This document shows positions 57,094 to 64,000 of a stretch of 64,000 nucleotides of DNA, piece by piece (the first letter of the stretch is position 1; every line of letters starts with the position of its first letter). The position numbers and the translations under genes are program-made. The notes below the pieces were generated by a model. The model did not search any database. It worked only from the letters and a program-made list of their open reading frames with translations, and was not told the origin of the DNA. The stretch comes from Candidatus Aminicenantes bacterium (GTDB lineage Bacteria > Acidobacteriota > Aminicenantia > Aminicenantales > Aminicenantaceae): assembly GCA_011049545.1 (NCBI GenBank), contig DRHQ01000112.1, positions 1,346-65,345 of the forward strand, read 5' to 3'.

Positions 57094-57244
57094 ATTTGAA
57101 AGGACGTTTATCCTCTTAAACAGGGGGAGTAGTGGGGAATCAAGAATGATTTTTTATCTTTTTTGTAAAATTATTTTACACATTATGTAAGGAATTAATT
57201 CAGTAGGATGGATTTGATAAATAGAATCACCGCAATATATATAA

Positions 57245-57340
57245 GGTGGGTTTGATGAATCAAACCCCTACAATTTCAATTTAATAAATCAAATCCCTAC
57301 TAAATTTATAAGTGCCGGTTTGATGAATCAAACCCCTACG
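57245..57340 (+). repeat. Two family A hairpin repeats plus a third arm; the second copy overlaps the M19 gene 3' end
   Basis: ggtgggtttgatgaatcaaacccctaca (57245-57272), aaatcaaatccctac (57287-57301), gccggtttgatgaatcaaacccctacg (57314-57340). Confidence 0.85.
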
Positions 57341-58584
57341 CTCCTTGCTACTTCAACGACTTTTCTGAAGACGCGCATGATGTTTGCGCCCCAGATCTTC
57401 TGGATATCTTCTTCTGAATAGCCCCGGCGGAGAAGTTCCATGGTAATATTAGGCAATTCGCTGACGTCATCACAGCCCTTAAGACTGCCTCCACCATCAA
57501 AATCCGTTCCAATACCAACATGATCTACTCCGATTAAGTTGACGACATAATCTATATGGTCGACAAGCTTTTGGACTGTGGTCTGTTCTGAAGGATATTT
57601 CTTATAGAGATTCCTATATTCATTTTCCATTTTCTCTCGCACGCTTTCGTCTCTCACATCACACCGAGAACCGTATTTCTCATCGAGTTTTGCCCGGGCT
57701 TTTTCTCTTTCTGGATTCGGTTTTGCTTTCTTTATAAAACTTGAGACAAAGCAAATCTGAATAACACCATTTTTTGAAGCTAAAGCTTTAAGCATTTCGT
57801 CAGAGAAATTTCTCGGATGGTCACAAAGGGAGCGCACACTGGAGTGAGAAGCTATCACCGGCGCTTTTGTCACCTCAAGCACATCAAAAAAGGATTTATC
57901 TGAAGCATGAGAAATATCCACCATGATTCCCAAACGGTTGCACTCTGCAACAACTTCCCTTCCGAAGTCGCTCAAGCCTTTATCCTCTGGATTGCTCTTC
58001 TCAGTAGAGGAATCGCAGATATCATTATCGCCAGAGTGACAGAGGGTAATGTAACGGATTCCTCTATCATAATATTCTTTTACGAGAGAAAGATCTTTGC
58101 CGATGAGATAGCCATTTTCTATCCCGATAAATGCGGCTCGTTTTCCTTCTTTTTCCAATCGATAAGCATCTTCAGGGGATGTCGCCAGCTCTACCAGATG
58201 AGGATAATCCTCGGCCATCTTATGGATTGCACCTATCAATAGATTGGCCCTTTCTCTTGCTCTGGCATATCCTTCAGGGGTTCTTTCCCCTTGGCAAACA
58301 TAAGCTGCAAAAAATTCAGCATCCAAGCCTCCCTCAGCCATCCGGGGGAGGTCGATTTTTCCGCTTCCTCCCTGACCAGGCTCATGGCGTTCTCCGATAT
58401 CCCATCCTTTCCTTAACATAAGGGAAGGAGTGTCGCTATGAGTGTCAACAGTAAGGACTCTATGGTGAATCTCTCTGGCCTCCGCCTTTAAAGCTTCTTC
58501 ATCCTTCTCCGGAGCACAGGAGATCAGCCAAAAACCAGAAAAAGACAGAACCATGACAAATGATATAAATTTTATTCTCTTCAT
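57328..58584 (-). CDS. M19 membrane dipeptidase (renal dipeptidase family), lipoprotein
   Basis: Lipobox-like LISC. Metal ligands in VDTHSD, GIENG, DISHAS, ASHSS. 418 aa. Confidence 0.85.
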   Translation of the reverse strand: MKRIKFISFVMVLSFSGFWLISCAPEKDEEALKAEAREIHHRVLTVDTHSDTPSLMLRKGWDIGERHEPGQGGSGKIDLPRMAEGGLDAEFFAAYVCQGERTPEGYARARERANLLIGAIHKMAEDYPHLVELATSPEDAYRLEKEGKRAAFIGIENGYLIGKDLSLVKEYYDRGIRYITLCHSGDNDICDSSTEKSNPEDKGLSDFGREVVAECNRLGIMVDISHASDKSFFDVLEVTKAPVIASHSSVRSLCDHPRNFSDEMLKALASKNGVIQICFVSSFIKKAKPNPEREKARAKLDEKYGSRCDVRDESVREKMENEYRNLYKKYPSEQTTVQKLVDHIDYVVNLIGVDHVGIGTDFDGGGSLKGCDDVSELPNITMELLRRGYSEEDIQKIWGANIMRVFRKVVEVARSVGV

Positions 58585-58687
58585 ATTAACTCCTTGTTAT
58601 ACTCGTTTTATTCAAAGTCGCCTGTATTCAGGGTCTTTCAAAACTTGGCATCCTTCTGGAACTCTGAACTATCTTTTTCTGTTGCCT

Positions 58688-59590
58688 TTACTTTTTGGCC
58701 TGTTTCCATACTTCGATGAATTTGACAGCCTGTTCCACCATCCTACTCACAGTATTCTCTCCATGCTCTTTTGTAGCCTTTTTAGGATCACTCAAGGACC
58801 AAACACCGTTACTCGAAAGTTCATGGCTTGCCCCTCCTTTTTTTGTCGCTACAGGAACTCCAAATAGGGAATTCCAGACAATCATTAAATCAGGGTTTTT
58901 CCCGGCGAGCTCTTTGAGTTCTTGCATCCTGGGAGTAAAACGTATGTCAGGCTTTTCAGCCCTTTCCATCTTCACTAGTTCGGGCTTCAAGTAGAGCATG
59001 ATAGAGGTCTCATCTATTCCTGCATGCCAATCAAAGAATTCTTCTTCCTCTTCCCCACTTTCTTGGATAGGGCTGCCATGGCCGATTGCTACGGCAATAG
59101 CTTCTGTTGTGTGATTGATTCTATGAATAATTTTTTGCTGAACAATATTATTTCCACCGTGATAGTTGAAGAACATGAACCGGCGGAATCCATACTTTAT
59201 AAGCATCTCTGCGGTCTCGAAAAGAACCTGCTCCATGGTGTCAGGTTTCAGACTCAAGGATCCAGGAAATCCAGAGTGATATTCGCTGTACCCGGCCAAA
59301 AGAACCGGCGCTACTACTACTCCCGTGCGGGCGGAGATTAATTTTGACATACCCGTCGCCTCATAATAATCCGTTCCTAACGGTAAATGAGGACCATGCT
59401 GTTCAGTACTTCCAAGCGGAATAATAACCATGTCGCTTGTTTTCAAATAATCCCTGACATCTGTCCAGGTCATCTCCTGCAAAACAAGAGGTTTCACTTG
59501 TTCCTGGGCAAAGAGCAAAGTCCCGAAGAAAAAAATGATTGAGACAATAAATAAACGTTTCAGGTTGCTAAACGCCTTATTTCTGTTCAT
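58688..59590 (-). CDS. Creatininase-family amidohydrolase with a signal peptide
   Basis: GSTEQHGPHLPLGTD signature. The N-terminus LFIVSIIFFFGTLLFAQEQ looks like a secretion signal. Confidence 0.75.
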   Translation of the reverse strand: MNRNKAFSNLKRLFIVSIIFFFGTLLFAQEQVKPLVLQEMTWTDVRDYLKTSDMVIIPLGSTEQHGPHLPLGTDYYEATGMSKLISARTGVVVAPVLLAGYSEYHSGFPGSLSLKPDTMEQVLFETAEMLIKYGFRRFMFFNYHGGNNIVQQKIIHRINHTTEAIAVAIGHGSPIQESGEEEEEFFDWHAGIDETSIMLYLKPELVKMERAEKPDIRFTPRMQELKELAGKNPDLMIVWNSLFGVPVATKKGGASHELSSNGVWSLSDPKKATKEHGENTVSRMVEQAVKFIEVWKQAKK

Positions 59591-59745
59591 GCTTATCTCC
59601 TACATTGAAATCAATGCCAAAATATTTTGATGTCCTATTCTATTCATTCTCAGAATTTATCGCAATGATTAGTTAAAGTTGGGACGGCTGTAAAGATTGG
59701 CGAGAATGCACTCGCCAACGGCTTAAACTGCGCTTTGAACTTGAA

Positions 59746-60768
59746 TCAGAACATCAAGCGTATACCGATTCTTGCCTGTCTGGGTCGAACGATTCCGTAG
59801 AGATCATGACCATCTGTTGAGGAATAATAATCTGGATCAGCTGGCAGCAGCCAATCATAATCTGTCCTCGTTCCCCAGGAGGTGATGGTGTCATCGTTGA
59901 ACACGTTAAAAACATCCACCATCAAGCCCAAGCGGAATTTCTCGGCAAGCACGAATGTCTTTTCCAGCCTCAAATCAAGAATTTTGCGTATCGGATAATG
60001 ATTGGAACCCCGCTTTTCTGTAAAGAAAGTCACATTGCCATGAGCAAGCCTGGAAGTCCGTATTTGTCGTGTCCAGGCATTACCTGTAATAGCCCGGAAA
60101 TGGCCTGTCAGGTAAACTCCAAAAGGAAAGATATAAGTTCCCTGCACTTTGATCATATGAGTCGGGTCGTAGGTGGAATTGCCATCGGCGTTTATCCAGT
60201 AATTGGGACTTTCAACCGAGCCTCCCCAGCCTATATCGTCGGCGAATCCATTGTCCATTGTTCCGTATGCCTTAGAATAGACATACGAAGCCAGAAGCTG
60301 CCACTTGTTGGAAAAACGCTTGTTGAACATGAACTCAAAACCCCAGTACCTGCGGTAGGGTGTATTACTACCTATCCCTGGATCACCTTCCTTGAGATTT
60401 TTGATGAGGTATTGATGTTCATCAGGATTCGTTTGCTCATAGATCGTGTAGATCGTCGCAGGATTTTCAGGATCAGCAAGAACTACAGGGGACCATATCG
60501 CTACGTTGTCAATCGGGCCCATTAGGTTCTTCCAATCACGGTAAATGTAAGTTGCTGATATGGATGCATCTCTGAAAAGCTCCCTTTCAATACTGGCTGT
60601 AAACTGATTCATGTAAGGATGTTTGATATCAGGATCCAAGGAATAGAGATTCTCGGCCGTGAACCATTCATGCCATAGCCCATCGCCTGGAGGAGGTTCA
60701 TAGTAGTAGCCAACATATTCAGAGTAAGCAGAAGCTGGGTTTAGACGGTCATGATAACTGGAAAGCAT
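59746..60768 (-). pseudogene. TonB-dependent receptor, C-terminal barrel fragment only (no plug or N-terminal barrel)
   Basis: Ends ...RIGIRLMF (terminal Phe) with a barrel strand pattern. An in-frame TAA lies 4 codons upstream of the first ATG. Abuts an unrelated fragment on the other strand. Confidence 0.65.
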
Positions 60769-60961
60769 GGCTGCTGAATGTTATTTAAATTTAAGCGAGC
60801 CTGAGAAAGCGCTGCCTCTTCTTCAAAAATCTTTAAAGCTAGATCCCAATCAAGCGAGAATTAAGGAGCTTGAAGAGAAAACAAAAAAACGTCTGGAATT
60901 AGCTCCAGAACATGAAAAAGTAGACATAGCCAAACAATTGCTTGATTATTTAAAAAAATAG
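60767..60961 (+). pseudogene. C-terminal TPR-protein fragment
   Basis: 64 aa, AAECYLNLSEPEKALPLLQKSLKLDPNQ..., resembles the last TPR of the proteins at 7406-9781 and 9934-11985. Begins exactly at the junction with the TBDR fragment. Confidence 0.35.
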
Positions 60962-60995
60962 GAATGGAAAATAATGAACAAGAAACATTTTATAC

Positions 60996-61958
60996 TTATC
61001 TTTTCAGGATATAAAAATCCCTCTTGCTCTTATCTTTTTTTACGAGCCTGAAATCAATAATCTTGTATTTTCTCTCAAATAGAGTCTTAAAAACCTGTCT
61101 TGTCTTCATCCTCCATTCAAGAGGGATACTCCTGACTTTGTCCTCAGCGACATCTGTCTCGCGGAGCATGCGGTAAAAATCAACAGGAATTTCAACCAAA
61201 AGGAATTCATGGTCTAGATCAAGGTTTAAGTCTTTGACCACTTCAAGCATTAGAATTCCATTCCGGCCTTTGACTTCCTCGGTGCCAGCCTCGAGCGCAA
61301 TATACCCTGAGTCAATTAAGCGCTCTAGATCATATTCAGGCCTTTGAATATCTTTCTTGAGATCCCAGAAGATAATAAACCTATCGCAGGGAATATCTGC
61401 TCTATTCAGCAATCCAAAAAAGTCTTCATAAAAAGCATCCCTGTATTCGACCACATCCATCCCGAAGTGATGGATATTCCGGTAAGCATTGATTCCTGTT
61501 AAAGGATCAAAAGTATTGGTAATAGTATAAATCCCGAAAATATCCATCAACTTATCTTTCTGAAACTGCTTTATTAGAATCCCAAGACCATAAAGCTGAA
61601 AATCTTGCCTGATTCCTACATACTGAGAATAAAATAGGATATTATCAGGTTCTCTGAAGGCAATTTTTTTGTCCTTTATCCCGATAAACCCGTAAGAAAA
61701 ACCGACAAGATGCTTTCTATCCTGCTTGAATACTCCGCTCTTGCTTTCCACATAAACGGCTATAAATAAGCAACTTCCATCATACAGAAAATTTGTGCAC
61801 ATCATGTTTCTAGCGCCAGGTAGACCATCCTCTGGATCGCCCCAAATTTCATTCCTTAACTCTTCATATTTCACGTAGTCGCGTGGGTGACCTGAGCTTT
61901 CCACTTTGAATAAAAAATTCTCCCCTTTGATCTTATAAATCTTTTCAAATTCTTTCAT
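60996..61958 (-). CDS. Conserved hypothetical, possibly a COG3375-type GNAT-fold protein
   Basis: TFDPLTGINAYRNIHHFGMDVVEYRDAFYEDFFG...DRFIIFWDL resembles the FDPL..NA..N..LG...Y...YG...DR..v.W motif I recall for that family. Not verified. Confidence 0.4.
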   Translation of the reverse strand: MKEFEKIYKIKGENFLFKVESSGHPRDYVKYEELRNEIWGDPEDGLPGARNMMCTNFLYDGSCLFIAVYVESKSGVFKQDRKHLVGFSYGFIGIKDKKIAFREPDNILFYSQYVGIRQDFQLYGLGILIKQFQKDKLMDIFGIYTITNTFDPLTGINAYRNIHHFGMDVVEYRDAFYEDFFGLLNRADIPCDRFIIFWDLKKDIQRPEYDLERLIDSGYIALEAGTEEVKGRNGILMLEVVKDLNLDLDHEFLLVEIPVDFYRMLRETDVAEDKVRSIPLEWRMKTRQVFKTLFERKYKIIDFRLVKKDKSKRDFYILKR

Positions 61959-62071
61959 TTTTAATAAAGTCAGTTTAATAAAATCTTGGTTAAGATTACA
62001 ATGATTTTATCCAAACGCTCTTCCCATTGCAAATTCCTTTTGGAGTAAGGTCTTATCATTGTAAAAAATGT

Positions 62072-62177
62072 AAAAAAAGGGGACAGGCTACTTTATCTGA
62101 TAGAAATAGGATTATTTCTACTCAAAGAGATTTCTAACAGATAAAGCGCAGCAAAAGTAGCCTGTCCCCTTTTTTAT
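62072..62177. repeat. Family B inverted-repeat element (about 106 bp)
   Basis: aaaaaaaggggacaggctactttatctg ... cagataaagcgcagcaaaagtagcctgtcccctttttt. The arms pair over about 25 nt. Confidence 0.8.
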
Positions 62178-62283
62178 GATCCTTTCTAGATTTGAATTCC
62201 GTTTTTTTTTAGTATATGGTAATTATCTTTGCTGGAAGATAACTGTCTAAAAAAACTCTATTCGACCTTAAAGGAGAGATAGA

Positions 62284-64000
62284 ATGAAAACCTTTAAAAG
62301 AACAATGATCACGGTTTTTTCGCTCCTTATTCCCTTTCTTCTCCAGGCAGCAGAATTTCAGGTTAAAGTCATAAAAAGCAAGGATGATCTGCCTGAAAAA
62401 TTTTGCAGCCACTGGGAAAAGGGAGACTTTCTTATTTTTGACGGAAAGAACCTGACCTTAATCGGTGGAGTCAAGAGGCCACTGAAAAATTCTTCCAACT
62501 ATCCGGGATTCAATGCCATGGGCAGTATTATCAGTTTCGTCCCTGCCGGAAAAAAAATAGCGAGCAACTTGAATATCGGATCACCGTACATCAGGATAAA
62601 GAGAAAAAGAGAACATTTAATTTACACCTCGGTTAAACCCTTAAAAAAGACCACCCTAGATCAGGCTATTGCTTTCGAAGCCACTGTTCTTTACGAAGGG
62701 AAACAAGGAGAAAAAGCCCGGATCAGGACTCGCTATCATTTTTCCCCTCTTGAAGGAAGAATTGATGTAACTTCAACCATAACCAACACAGGAAAGAAAA
62801 AGTTCGAAGACCTGGACTATGAGCTCTATTTTAACGCATTTCACAGTTACTACTTCAGCCCTTTTGACAGAGAGAATTATCCTGGCTTAAGGTTCAGAGT
62901 TTACCAGAAAAAAGGACATTATTTAGGCTGGCTTAATATGAATCCTCTCACCGAGGAAGAAAAATCTGTTAAAGATGACGAGGAATCCCCTCCTATACCG
63001 GGAACATTAGCTCCCAAGGAAGTATTTGAAGTTCGCCACATCCTGCTGGTGGATACTCAACATGAGAATCTACTCCAGAAAATCTATAAAATTTTTAACG
63101 TTGAGACGGAAGAAGCGCTCATTCATTTTGAAGCTTTCAGTGGCGGCTCCATGGAAGTAATTGTCAAAGATGCTTCATCCTCTTCTACTTTTTTCCGCTC
63201 CTTTCTGGAAAATCCTTTTTCCATCAAAATTCCTCTTCCGAAGGGTGCCTATACGGCGAGAGGAAATTTCTTCCCGGCTGTCTGCGAAAAACTCCTTGTG
63301 GTTGGATTAGAAGATGAAAGCTCATGCGTTCTCAAAAATCCCGCGCAGGGGAAAGTGAAAGTAAAAATCATAAACAGCAAAGGAGACTTTGTGCCCGGGA
63401 AGGTTACTTTTATCGGTCTTTCCCTGACTAAAACTCCCTATTTTAAACCTGAAAACCCTGTAAAGAGCGGAAGACGATGGGAATCTTCCAAAAATTCATG
63501 TTTTCCTCAAAAAGAAGGGAAGGAAGTGAAATTACCCGTAGGAACCTATCTCGTCACCGCTTCAAGAGGACCGGAATATTCCCTGGACAAAAAAATAGTC
63601 GAAATATTGAAGAATGAGCAGCAAGAATTGTTCTTTCTTATAGATAGGGTGGTAGAGACTCCAAATCTCATCTCAATCGACCCTCATATGCACACCCATA
63701 ATTCAGACGGAAGCCTGCGCATTCCTGAAAGGATAAAATCAGTTGTAGCTGAGGGAGTCGATGTGGCTGTGGCTACTGACCACAATTACATAACGGATTA
63801 TTATCCAGTACTTCAGAAACTTGGTTTGAATAAATATTTAGCAGTAATAAAAGGGAGTGAGGTGACCGTCTCAGGCTTAATCCATTATAACACTTATGCC
63901 TTAACATACAGGCCGGAGGAGGAGGGCAACGGAGTAATCTACCCTGTTTCTGATGAAGCAACCCTCCTTTTTGAAAGGAGCCGGAAGAAAGATCCCAAAG
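62284..64000 (+). CDS. Secreted PHP-domain metallohydrolase (CehA/McbA-like); 3' end outside the window; absent from the supplied ORF track
   Basis: ATG at 62284 preceded by AAAGGAGAG. I read all codons to position 64000 without a stop. Signal peptide MKTFKRTMITVFSLLIPFLLQA. PHP motif ISIDPHMHTHNSDGS ... VAVATDHN. Confidence 0.75.
   Translation, partial: MKTFKRTMITVFSLLIPFLLQAAEFQVKVIKSKDDLPEKFCSHWEKGDFLIFDGKNLTLIGGVKRPLKNSSNYPGFNAMGSIISFVPAGKKIASNLNIGSPYIRIKRKREHLIYTSVKPLKKTTLDQAIAFEATVLYEGKQGEKARIRTRYHFSPLEGRIDVTSTITNTGKKKFEDLDYELYFNAFHSYYFSPFDRENYPGLRFRVYQKKGHYLGWLNMNPLTEEEKSVKDDEESPPIPGTLAPKEVFEVRHILLVDTQHENLLQKIYKIFNVETEEALIHFEAFSGGSMEVIVKDASSSSTFFRSFLENPFSIKIPLPKGAYTARGNFFPAVCEKLLVVGLEDESSCVLKNPAQGKVKVKIINSKGDFVPGKVTFIGLSLTKTPYFKPENPVKSGRRWESSKNSCFPQKEGKEVKLPVGTYLVTASRGPEYSLDKKIVEILKNEQQELFFLIDRVVETPNLISIDPHMHTHNSDGSLRIPERIKSVVAEGVDVAVATDHNYITDYYPVLQKLGLNKYLAVIKGSEVTVSGLIHYNTYALTYRPEEEGNGVIYPVSDEATLLFERSRKKDPK

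Noticed and set aside
58648-58668. Sigma-54-like sequence TTGGCATCCTTCTGGAA on the plus strand between the M19 and creatininase genes.
   Set aside because: The -12 element is GG rather than GC, and the orientation points away from both (minus-strand) genes.

Overview
Bacterial chromosomal window, about 40% G+C by eye, with two clearly G+C-richer patches. Taxonomy cannot be assigned from sequence alone. The gene content fits an uncultured anaerobic, peptide-degrading lineage with a Wood-Ljungdahl pathway and sigma-54 regulation.

Gene order, left to right:
(1) 1-7350: 3' part of an acs cluster, acsB(partial)-cooC-acsD-acsC-RACo. It ends in a stand-alone homocysteine-type Zn-thiol methyltransferase, not a pterin-binding AcsE.
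(2) 7.4-12 kb: divergent envelope proteins, sulfatase-like+TPR and GWxTD+TPR.
(3) 12-17 kb: G+C-richer SOS cassette lexA / dinB-dnaE2.
(4) 17-21 kb: SDR, an SBBP-repeat fragment, a strongly G+C-rich S9 peptidase and tRNA-Ala(GGC).
(5) 21-29 kb: conserved housekeeping block ftsH-folP-cdaA-cdaR-glmM, then pdxJ and an M20 amidase.
(6) 29-59 kb: very peptidase-dense region.
- Peptidases: S9, M14, C69, M28, M19, creatininase-like, transglutaminase-like.
- Other genes: a GGQ release-factor-like gene, an EIIA(Ntr)-zinc-ribbon fusion, a Cys/Thr proline-racemase-family enzyme, Fe-ADH, a LarA homolog, and a pgsB-pgsC-PGA-system cluster.
- Regulation: an SBP-histidine kinase-NtrC operon plus a CheY-like gene, each behind a sigma-54 promoter.
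(7) 59.7-64 kb: a junction of two truncated genes, a GNAT-like protein, and a long PHP-domain ORF (62284 to window end) that is missing from the supplied ORF track.

Non-coding structure the ORF track does not explain:
- Three dispersed intergenic repeat families.
- A 4 x 67-bp tandem array upstream of pgsB.
- A 57-bp direct repeat bracketing the second S9 peptidase.
- A 256-nt G+C-rich inverted-repeat element abutting the ntrC stop codon.

No CRISPR array, transposase, integrase or recognisable defence system was seen. All domain calls come from motif recognition by eye, not database searches.
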